Notes under the pieces: model-generated
The model's input: the letters and a program-made list of their open reading frames with translations, nothing else
Database searches by the model: none
Told to the model about the DNA's origin: nothing
NCBI GenBank assembly: GCA_002269645.1
Contig: NIVC01004772.1
Coordinates: 1 to 35,331 of the forward strand
Source: Macrostomum lignano
Lineage: Eukaryota
Direction: 5' to 3'
Length of the DNA stretch: 35,331 bases
Shown here: positions 1-10,142 of the stretch, piece after piece
How positions within the stretch are numbered: position 1 is the stretch's first letter
Layout: the number at the start of each line of letters is the position of its first letter
Position numbers and translations under genes: made by a program

Positions 1-307
1 TTAGTAAGCAGCTTTTTAGTGGTTACTACCATGTTTTTGCTGTTATACATACGAGGCGTATAATTGGCTTCGATTTGAGACAATTAAATCGTTTAACAGT
101 ATTCGATTCGAGGCAATTTATATGAAGTCTGACAATAGACTACGCGAAAGTGAGACATCATACGAAGAAAGGCTAAGTCAATTAAGCCATTAATCGGTTT
201 CAGTAGGCTATTCCTATTGCTACAGTCCAAGCTAAAAAGCTCGCTGAAATTCTAACTAAAAGTTTTTATTAGTGTATCTTGATAGAACATATATCATCAA
301 ATGGAAA

Positions 308-1424
308 TCACGGAACGCGAAAACATTCTTTGCTTGCATGTCGATTCGGGTCAGCTCGTATCAAGCCCACCGGCTGAACTAAAAATCCCTCATATTGCAT
401 GCTCAGATCTGTCAGATGCTGGTTATCAGTGGCTGTCAGATTTGCTGCGCCAAATCCCAGGTCAGACGCTGCCGGAAGTCGCCGCTCCCACGCTGGTGTC
501 GTGCGCCGTCCGCAGGTCAGCAGCCACAAAGCTTGCTTGCGGAAGGACCGCATGAAGATGAGGTACACAATCACATTGCAGGAGTTCAGCGTCACCATGA
601 AGGTGCCAAAAATCTGCAGCGGAGAGTTCACCTCGTATTGGATGGCAGGAGAGAAAGTGCCAATAAAATAGTAGAACGAGTCGAAGGAGAAGGTTACGAT
701 AAAGACTGAGGTCACTACAATTGCAGTCTTTGTAAACTCAGCGGCAGCTCGGTTCTGTGACGGGCCGCCATCGGTGTTGCCCGAAGTCTTTGTTCTAATG
801 ACGAGTACAATCTTGGTGTACATGGCGGCCATGCAGACGGAGGGGAGCAGATAGATCCCCACGAACCAAACGGCGGCGTGAACGGTGAGGAAGTCCAGCA
901 GGACCTTGGAGTCGAAAGTTGGCGTCCATAGCTGCAGGTGCCGTCGGCGTGACGCACCCAGAAGGTGACGGGGGCGGCCAGCAGGCAGGCCCACTGGTGA
1001 ATTCCGGCGATCATGCAGACGGCGTGCACAGGCCGCTTGGCGCGGTAGCGCAGCGGGAAGACCACGGCCATGAAGCGCTCCACGCAGATGAGCAGGAGGT
1101 TCCAGACGCTGAGCACAACCAAAATCCAGTAGAAGGTCTGCGAGTACCAGAGGTAGCAGGCGGCCCGCTGCTCGAGCTGTCAGGCAGGCCCGGAAGCAGG
1201 TAGAACACCGTCATCAGACAGATTAGACTGTCTATTATCGACTGGTGCTTCAGCACCATCAGTGTGATGACACTGTAGCTCTTCGCCGAACTTTTGGCGT
1301 AGAACACAGCCAGTCCTAGGATATTGAGCAGCAGGCCGATGAGGACCACTGTGAGCTGGAACTTCTTGAACTGACCAACCCAGGCCGGTTCCGCTGGAGG
1401 CGCTGCGGCAGAGGCGTTGGACAT
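308..1424 (-). pseudogene. Intronless class A (rhodopsin-like) GPCR, about 372 aa if repaired; split by two 1-nt frameshifts (pseudogene or assembly error)
   Basis: ATG at 1424 (MSNASAAA..., with an N-glycosylation sequon NAS). TM1/TM2 lie in ORF 1011..1559. A shift near 1170 leads into CYLWYSQTFYWILVVLSVWNLLLICVERF (TM3 Cys and E-R-F, the DRY equivalent). A second shift near 925 leads into TM5 YLLP...MY, TM6 and TM7 LNSCNVIVY...FR, with the stop at 308. Both shifts are consistent with one missing base (1117+2=1119 nt). Confidence 0.85.
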
Positions 1425-2624
1425 TGCTGGCAAACTTCTTTGGGATGGAGGGATGGGGGTGGTTAGAACTAATTTTAAGTAGAGCGCGGTGGGATCTGTG
1501 CAGAACCGTCGTGAAAGCAAATAGAAGCAGCGAGTGATGAGGCGACGGAAGCGAGCCAACTCTGAGCTGACAGATTACTTAATAGGAAGTTTAGCAGAAA
1601 AAACCACCGAAGTCAAAGCCAAACACGCCTGGCACTCGCACCAACGAACTTAGCAATTGGATTGATCAAATATCCAAGTTAAATCTGCCGAGGTTCCCAA
1701 TTTGCTGGATAAATATGCTTCGATAAATTGTCTTTCCGGCCCTGTCTAACAGCAGAGACGACTCATATGGCAGGCTTGATTTCGAGTAGAAATGGAGACT
1801 GCAAGCCGAATTTTCGCTCCATGGCATGAGAAGCCGTAGCTGAACGGATGGAACTCACCTTTCGTCAGATTCTGTCTTCCCCAGCCTGCCGCCGCTGCAA
1901 AATTGCTTTTCCGCAGCCTTGAAGCCCGTTTAAATAGCGGCCAAGCCAGCAACTGCAGCTGGCAGTCCGCTCGGTGGACCTCGCCCTGACTGGCACTTTG
2001 CTGGCCGGAGATATCCTTGATGCAAGAGGCTTTTAGGAGTTGAGCCGGCGACACTCTACTGGCCAAATCCATTAGTAGCGACCGGCCCAGCCGATTCCTC
2101 AGATTAGCCACACTCGGCTGCATTTGAAGAGTGGCGAATCCTGGGCTGTGCATCGATAAGCGAAAGCTCTTTTGATTGAATTTCTGCATCATTGCTCGCC
2201 TACGACAGGTGAAATTAACTTTGGAGAAGGATGTCGAGTGTGATGAGAGAAAGCGTCAATGAGCCTTGCGAATCTGCACGGAAAATGGAAGGTTTTTTTC
2301 TCCCAGTATGCAGCTGGGCCAGAAAGTGGGGTAGCGAAAGATTTACAAGGCCTTTAATTTCCAGTGGCAGCTCTGCTGCCGCAAGCTCACCCCGACTCCC
2401 TCCCGTGATTACGGAATTTCTGCGTCAATGGCAAACAGACTTCCTACCCCAGCACCCCTTTAGTCTCCCGCAGTCGGCAGTAGAGCTGCCGCAAAAAAAT
2501 TGTTTCGTTAATTGGAAATTAAACATAACAAAGATTTGGTTTTAGAATCACATGACTTTTATTTTATTTAACAATCTTAGATATAACAAGACGAGTAGTA
2601 TATATATACTATTAGAAAGCCAGC

Positions 2625-2735
2625 ACAGAAAACAACATAACTGTATAAAAAGCAGCATTTTCAGAAGTAGAGAGAAAACAGCATGACAGTATAGAAAGCA
2701 GCATCGTTACAAGTAGAGAGAAAACAGCATGACAG
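2625..2735 (+). repeat. Short degenerate tandem repeat (about 46-bp period, 2-3 copies) downstream of the piggyBac ORF
   Basis: AAGTAGAGAGAAAACAGCATGACAG occurs at 2665-2689 and 2711-2735, with a diverged copy upstream. Confidence 0.6.
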
Positions 2736-2808
2736 CGACAAAGGAAGCTAATCATATGAATAACAGTGTCAAGCAGCTTGTTCCAGCATACTCCATCAGC
2801 ATGTGCTT

Positions 2809-4480
2809 TTAGTTTTGCGCCTCGTGCCATGCTCTGAAGCACGGCTCAAGGCACAAGCTTGGCTGCCCGTTGCAAGCGGCGCAGAGAAAGACAGTTCGCT
2901 TCTGCAGGCCAGCATTGCTGCAAACTCGACAGTGCTTTGTTGGGTGTCGCTGTGTGGCAGTAGCTGGCAAGCGCGTTGGCAGATGCAGCGCAGCAGCAAC
3001 ATTTTGCTCGAGGTGCTGCTGCTGCTGCTGCTGCGGGAGCCTTCCACCTCGCAAGCGCCCAACGCCGGTATCGCAGATTAAAATTCGCTGACATGCTTCT
3101 AAATAGTGCAAGAACGTGCGGGAACCGCCAATGTGCTTATAGGCAATAAAGGAGTTGCGAACAAGTTGCAGCAAGAGATAGGAGGCCAGCTTGAAAAACC
3201 ACTTCTGCGTTCTTCTACTTGTCTTGTAGGGCTCACAACTAGCGTCCATCCTGTCCACTCCTCCCATGCTTTGGTTGTAGTCTAGAGCTGTCTGAGACTT
3301 CAGCAGTTGCTGTTCCTGACCGCCTCGCTGAACCCTTGTAACTTGCACACAGTTGGCCGAGCCAGCACTGTCTAGCATGTACACGGTCTTTAGGCCAGAG
3401 GCTCGCCGATCCACAATCTTCACAGCAAGCAGATCCCACACGCCTAGAGAAGGCGTTGGATGGTGGGTGCAACACCTGCTGCTTCAGAGCCGCGGGAACG
3501 CCGCGTTGTGCTCGCACTGTGCCTGTCAACAGAGTGTCTCTCTGGAGCAACCAGTCAGCGAGCCGTGCCGAGCGAAACCAGGTGTCACAAAAGATCCTGA
3601 ACCCGAGGTCCAAGATATCCCGAGACAGTTCTACGACGATGCGTTCCGAGAGCGACAGCTGCTGCGCATCCTGGCCGAACAGGTTGTTTTGGGCCGCAGT
3701 GGAGTGGATCAGAAAGTTCCACAAATAGCCGCTGTTCGATTCGGCTGGACAGTACAGCTTGATGCCGAGCTTTGCCTTTTTGTTGGGCATGTACTGAAGA
3801 AAGTGGAGCCTACCTTTGTAAAGTAGCAATGACTCGTCAACAGAAATATGTTGATGTGGCATGTACTTATTTTGACAGATGGACTGGACTTTGTTCAAAA
3901 AAGGTCTGATCTTGCACAGCGGATCAGCTTCGTTCACCTCCGTGCAATCGTAGCAGCGAAACCAGGTCATGATGAGTTGAAACCTGTTACGCGACAGGCA
4001 TGACTCATGGTGGAAGAAGTCCTGATGGTACATTAGATCGGTTGACCAATACATGCTAATATCTGGCTTCTGTACTACTCCCATGTGCAGCAGAATTCCG
4101 ATAAACTTCTTCATTTCATTCAGGTTGCATAGCTTCCAATTTAGGAGCTTCCATGGCAGCTCTTCGTTTTCTTGTTGAATTTGCGTGACAGCTCTGTCTG
4201 CTCTGGCGTTTGTCCAGTCGCACAAACTTTGCAGCAGACTGTCGGGAAGAAACTGACCAAGGATGGCAGCCACACCATTTTCAATGTTGTCCGGCACAAG
4301 AAAATCCGGATGCAGACCAGGCAAGCCGAGAAACTCGGGAAGTGGGTTGGGCCGATGATCCGTTTCCGGAGTGGTATCATGCCAGTTATCTTCGATGTTG
4401 TCTGGCGGATTCACAATCTGGACCTCCTCAAGGTCACTCTGCTCATCAGAGGAGCCTCCACTGGTACCAGATGCAGTCAC
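2809..4480 (-). mobile_element. piggyBac-family (PGBD-like) DDD transposase, about 556 aa if repaired, with one +1 frameshift near 3440
   Basis: Motifs: acidic N-terminus, SVDESLLLYKGR...QYMPNK..KLGIK, FCDTWF, YNQSMGGVDRMD, and a C-terminal Cys-rich domain CRVC...CAAC..QPSLCLEPCFRAWH. ORFs 3239..4480 and 2809..3441 join at AGGCGTGTGGGATCTG, where removing one base gives RRGDLLAVK. No in-frame ATG or TTAA-flanked TIRs were found. Confidence 0.92.
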
Positions 4481-5404
4481 GTATGATTCGTCATCTGAGT
4501 CGCTATCCCTAGCCCAAATTTTGAAGGGTTGGATTGCCAGTTTGCATTGCAGAATACTGTTTGAAAAATTATATTTGTGGGTAATATTGATAAAAAAATT
4601 TTTTATTGGTTTATCCTCATTTCACAGGAGAAGAACATATTTGCAATACTGTATTGCATTCATCCCTTCGAAAACCCAAATCTTATTGTCTATGGCAATC
4701 ACTTACGTAGAAATGTCTATGCTTGCAATACTTGTCTCATCTCTTTACACTATGCATAATAAATAAGATGGATATACGAAGCAATATCTGTTTATGGCAA
4801 AAAGTGACTTCGGTTTGTCTATGTAAAGCTCTCACACCAGTCCTGGGCTGCTTCTGGAAGCATGGCTGGTAGCTATTTTTAGCTGGCTCTGACTCGATCT
4901 GCTAGCCATAGACAGCGGGTGTAGTTAGAATTATAATGCAAGCAACTTCTACCGATATTTTCACCCCATCATACTACTTCCTACTGATGTCTAGTAATGT
5001 TTCAAAATTTATTTTTTTGACAGCAAGTTATGGGAGGGAGTGGGGGGAAATAATTTTCCAGCAGAAGTTTTCAGCTTTTAAATCTATGGCAACAGAGCTG
5101 CTACGGGAGGCTACGGGGGTGAGCAAAAATAGACGCGGGAGGCTAATGGTTTTAAAAATGAAAATACACGGCGCAGGAAATTTGAGGCAAGAAGTTTACG
5201 AAAGGTTTTGTATTAGATTTTGTTGCTGGAATACGAATATACGAATAATACGAATAATAATACGAATATGAAGAATATGAAGAATATGAACTGGAGGTAT
5301 GTCAAAAGAGGGTGTCGGACAAGACGTTTAGAGCAAGGAAACTGTGGCCCGGCGCGGAGAAGGTCATACAATACACATCTAGAAGAATGGGACAACAGAT
5401 TTTA

Positions 5405-6020
5405 GGGCAGGGAAGTGTGGGGCAGGGAAGTGTGGGGCAGGGAAGTGTGGGGCAGGGAAGTGTGGGGCAGGGAAGTGTGGGGCAGGGAAGTGTGGGGCAG
5501 GGAAGTGTGGGGCAGGGAAGTGTGGGGCAGGGAAGTGTGGGGCAGGGAAGTGTGGGGCAGGGAAGTGTGGGGCAGGGAAGTGTGGGGCAGGGAAGTGTGG
5601 GGCAGGGAAGTGTGGGGCAGGGAAGTGTGGGGCAGGGAAGTGTGGGGCAGGGAAGTGTGGGGCAGGGAAGTGTGGGGCAGGGAAGTGTGGGGCAGGGAAG
5701 TGTGGGGCAGGGAAGTGTGGGGCAGGGAAGTGTGGGGCAGGGAAGTGTGGGGCAGGGAAGTGTGGGGCAGGGAAGTGTGGGGCAGGGAAGTGTGGGGCAG
5801 GGAAGTGTGGGGCAGGGAAGTGTGGGGCAGGGAAGTGTGGGGCAGGGAAGTGTGGGGCAGGGAAGTGTGGGGCAGGGAAGTGTGGGGCAGGGAAGTGTGG
5901 GGCAGGGAAGTGTGGGGCAGGGAAGTGTGGGGCAGGGAAGTGTGGGGCAGGGAAGTGTGGGGCAGGGAAGTGTGGGGCAGGGAAGTGTGGGGCAGGGAAG
6001 TGTGGGCAGACAGAAGTGTG
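5405..6020 (+). repeat. G-rich minisatellite, 15-bp unit GGGCAGGGAAGTGTG, 40 perfect copies plus one degenerate copy
   Basis: Exact 15-bp period from 5405 to 6004, then GGCAGACAGAAGTGTG. Confidence 0.99.
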
Positions 6021-6930
6021 ACCTTCTGTCTTTAAATGTTGCATTCGGTGATTTTATATTCCACCTGTATCCTGTTTTCACGAAATACTCAGAATTTTCT
6101 ATTAAATCAACTCAAACGAATTTTTCACCCTTTGTGGCAATGCAGGTCTTGCATTGTGCAACTCTGCTTCCCACAAAGGCGCATGGACTTCAGCCGATAC
6201 GATTTGCTGAACATGACGAATGCAGTCGAGTAGCGATAAGTTGCAACTACCAGAATTTTGTGGCTAGTACACAGTCTTACTAAATTTCTAAATGCGACAT
6301 CAAAACAACGCTGAGTCTAGTGCTGGCATTCCACAACAAGACACTTGAAGTGCGGCCGAAAAGCACCCCACAGCAGTTGCACTTGTGGGCGCTGTGTTTC
6401 TAATTTTAGTAACAACGACCTGTGGACGCAGATAGAAACTTTTGCCGTTCAGGCCTTTTCACAAACAATAGCTGCGCCTGCGGTAGCCAGCAAATTCAGT
6501 TCGTCCGCCCGAGGGCCCCCAACCGACTGGCTGCTGGGGCGAAGGAAAGGTCAAAGTTTTTGGACAACACTGCATGCAAGCCATACTCGGCACAGCTCTG
6601 ACGAAAGACTGTCTATAATTAGCCTTCCACAAATTCTGAGACTTAATGACAATGCAATTTTGCTTTTGATTATTGTTTATCTGTGTAGTAGCTGCAGTAG
6701 TTTGACGCAAGCAGCGACCTTCTAAATGTTGGAAGCTACCGCAGCGCTCTTGGACTAATCTGGGAAAACAGATTGAAAACAGTGAATACTTGAGCGCAGT
6801 GCTCACTCCTGTGTCTCAATATACAATAATATTTTACTCGTAATATCGATATTATTCTACACACTACTAAGTGAATACAAATTGAATGGCTTGGCTGACG
6901 AACTGATTAAAAGCCATTAAACTCTAAGTA

Positions 6931-7707
6931 ATCTGTAAGCAGAACGCATCACCTTAAACCTAAAATCTGTAAGCAGAACGTATCACCTTAAACCTAAAAT
7001 CTGTAAGCAGAACGCATCACCTTAAACCTAAAATCTGTAAGCAGAACGTATCACCTTAAACCTAAAATCTGTAAGCAGAACGCATCACCTTAAACCTAAA
7101 ATCTGTAAGCAGAACGCATCACCTTAAACCTAAAATCTGTAAGCAGAACGCATCACCTTAAACCTAAAATCTGTAAGCAGAACGCATCACCTTAAACCTA
7201 AAATCTGTAAGCAGAACGCATCACCTTAAACCTAAAATCTGTAAGCAGAACGCATCACCTTAAACCTAAAATCTGTAAGCAGAACGCATCACCTTAAACC
7301 TAAAATCTGTAAGCAGAACGTATCACCTTAAACCTAAAATCTGTAAGCAGAACGTATCACCTTAAACCTAAAATCTGTAAGCAGAACGCATCACCTTAAA
7401 CCTAAAATCTGTAAGCAGAACGTATCACCTTAAACCTAAAATCTGTAAGCAGAACGCATCACCTTAAACCTAAAATCTGTAAGCAGAACGCATCACCTTA
7501 AACCTAAAATCTGTAAGCAGAACGTATCACCTTAAACCTAAAATCTGTAAGCAGAACGTATCACCTTAAACCTAAAATCTGTAAGCAGAACGCATCACCT
7601 TAAACCTAAAATCTGTAAGCAGAACGTATCACCTTAAACCTAAAATCTGTAAGCAGAACGCATCACCTTAAACCTAAAATCTGTAAGCAGAACGTATCAC
7701 CTTAAAC
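6931..7707 (+). repeat. Minisatellite, 34-bp unit ATCTGTAAGCAGAACG(C/T)ATCACCTTAAACCTAAA, about 23 copies
   Basis: Strict 34-bp period with a single polymorphic C/T position and no spacers. Confidence 0.99.
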
Positions 7708-8006
7708 ATAAGATCAGTAAACAAAAGTTCAACCATAGCAACCTGCTGTAAAGCTCTGATGTCACGAAATGGTGTTGTGACGAGTTTGCATTAAAAACAG
7801 ACAGTGCAAAGAAATACCGACTGGATGAGCATAGCATAGTTTCCATACAGAAAAACCCTTTGGTTTTCCAGACTGCGTGGGTTTATGAAAAGAAATTCAT
7901 TGTTCACGCTTCGCACATTTCCAAATGCATTACAAAGCTGCAGGGCCCATCTGCGTCAATCTGCTGTTTTTTCTCTCCTCCATTTCATTACTCTAGCATC
8001 TGGATG

Positions 8007-8014
8007 TATAAATA
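8007..8014 (+). promoter_or_regulatory. Candidate TATA box for the KLF gene
   Basis: TATAAATA about 125 nt upstream of the ATG at 8134; motif match only. Confidence 0.3.
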
Positions 8015-8133
8015 GCCGCAAGAATCGGTGCGGCAGACATGCAGTGGCTTGAGTGCCAGAATAAATATTAGCATTAGTTGTCTCCACCGGACTGAGATAG
8101 CGATAAGTCTGCTCCCACTTGACAGGGCAGTCA

Positions 8134-8873
8134 ATGGAACCCATGGAAGCCAGCAACAGTGAGAAGCTTCTGTTCTGCATCAAAGAAGAGCCCCCAAGCA
8201 CCGCGGGCAAGTACGAGTCGGTAAAAATGGCCTGGGCGATGGAGGATGCACCGATCGCCAGCAACCAATTGCCAGAGGTTTCATGCAGGCAGGACGTGAT
8301 GGAGACCTTGCTGCTTGATAGCGATGCGAACTGGGACGCCAACTGGGACCGCTCCATGACTCTGGACGACTGCCTAAGCACCCTATCCGAGTGTAGCACA
8401 CAGGGCACCGGCACCAGCAGCTCCACTGGGACTTCAGTCGCTTCTGCATTTGACGAACGGCCGAGAAACTTCGTGTGCCCGCACGGCGGCTGCAGCAAGG
8501 CCTACCTCAAGAATTCGCACCTCAAGACGCACCTGCGTTCGCATTCGGGTAAGCTGCTTATGGAACAGTGGGAGGCGGAGAGTAACCTTTTCAATAGAAA
8601 AAGCAGTTCTCATAAACCACGGAAACGCCAATGGGAAAGCAAATGATTTTCACAGAAGAACGGCCGTTCATCTGCAAGTGGCAGGACTGCGGCTGGTCGT
8701 TTCCACGGTCGGACGAGCTGGTGCGGCACCAGCGAATCCACACGGGCGAGCGGCCGTACCGCTGCCAGCTGTGCCCGAAGCAGTTCACGCGGTCCGATCA
8801 TCTGCAGCTGCACACCAGAAGACACCGCGAGGCAGCCGCAGGCTCAAAGCAGAAGAGCACTTTCAAGTTCTGA
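8134..8873 (+). CDS. KLF: Krueppel-like factor (three C2H2 fingers), 2 exons: 8134-8548 and 8656-8873, 210 aa
   Basis: ZF1 [25 protein letters not shown]2 [23 protein letters not shown] and ZF3 [21 protein letters not shown] match the KLF signature. Phase-1 intron 8549-8655 (G|GTAAG ... TTTTCACAG|) in the ZF1-ZF2 linker restores the frame (415+218=633 nt). Confidence 0.93.
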
Positions 8874-10113
8874 ATTGCATAGCACAAAAGAGCACCCATG
8901 TAAAAATATTCAATTCAATGCCAGTTAAAGCCCAGGTAACTTTTGCTATAGCAGATGTTGCAGAGCTCTCGTTGCCAATTCAATGCCAAAAGCTCAGGTT
9001 ATCAACCAAAGTGTACAACATGCCCAACGTAACTACATGTGTTTTTGCATGAAATGAGATTCCACGATGAAATACTTGTACAGAGACATGATTTGATGTG
9101 GCTGACCCCAGAAGCTTTTATGAGACCGTTGCTTGCTTGCCAATAGATTTTCCTCATAAATATTAAATGCTACCTCTTCAACAGACAACAATGCATGAAA
9201 ACGAATCAATGAAACGCACCTTTTCTTGCTGATTTTCACTGCTGGGGATGATAGGACAGTAACGTACGAGTAGGTAGCGAACTGTGCATAGTAAATATAT
9301 AATAGATAAGTCTGTATTTAGTTCATGACTCGCGAACAGACGAAAGCCTGCTAAACTGGAAAAAATCTTAATAAAACACGCGTCAGACAAGGCGGGAATA
9401 AAAGCTACTAAAAAAGAGCGCTGATTAGAATGCAGCATCTGAGAGATCTGAAAATCTCAACACTGACTGAGGAACTGAAAAAAGTAAAGTTTAACTGCAG
9501 CAACAAAATACGCACATCGCCTACTCACTCAGCTGCTGCCAGTAGCATGGCAGTGGCATTATATTCACTTGGCTGGTGATCAAATGAATAAGCAGAAACT
9601 GCAAAATAGAAGCAGTAGGTCAAGCAGCTGCAAGAGTAAGATAGCCCAGAAGACATGGATGGTGCAGGTTAATAATAGCGCACTAAAGGATAAGACAGGC
9701 TAAGAAAGAGAAACAACAGAAAATCAAGGATAGCTACTGCGCAGAGTGCGCGACGTTAGGGAAACTGGGAGAATGGCATCGGATAAGTGTGGGGATCCGA
9801 AAGCACTCAGATGGAGTGACTAACAGCTGTGTCCGGTCTGTGGATTAACGCGCACGCCAAGTTTGGATCAAAAGAACCAATAAGCACAAAGAGAGGCATC
9901 CGAGCAGCTGATTGCATGGCTCACCAAGCAATCATATAAAACGCAGTTAGAATATTTTCTATGAGAGTAAAACAATAAATTCTAGAAAATTGAATATTAT
10001 CTCGTTAACAATAAGCAGAAACGCAAAAAAATAATAAGGTTTGGTAGAGATACTAGCAAAACATTTGATTCTGTCCTGGAGATGAATAAACTTCATCCCA
10101 ACGTGCTCTGCAC

Positions 10114-10119
10114 TTTATT
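10114..10119 (-). terminator. Candidate polyadenylation signal of FAR
   Basis: AATAAA on the minus strand (TTTATT on plus) about 24 nt after the FAR stop codon. Confidence 0.4.
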
Positions 10120-10142
10120 CCTGTCCGTACCGGGCGCTGAGC

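Noticed and set aside
50-60. TACGAGGCG resembling a mariner TIR end
   Set aside because: No inverted partner or transposase remnant was found nearby, and the match is too short.
1746-2545. ORFs of 148 and 104 aa between the GPCR and piggyBac
   Set aside because: No motifs, splice support or coding-like pattern were recognised.
5302-6283. Long ORFs (PTLPC, GQGSV, PAPHF, WGREV repeats)
   Set aside because: These are translations of the stop-free 15-bp minisatellite in several frames on both strands, with no independent coding evidence.
6931-7707. CRISPR-like or telomeric array
   Set aside because: The 34-bp repeats are head-to-tail with no unique spacers, no cas genes are present, the context is eukaryotic, and it is not a pure telomere repeat.
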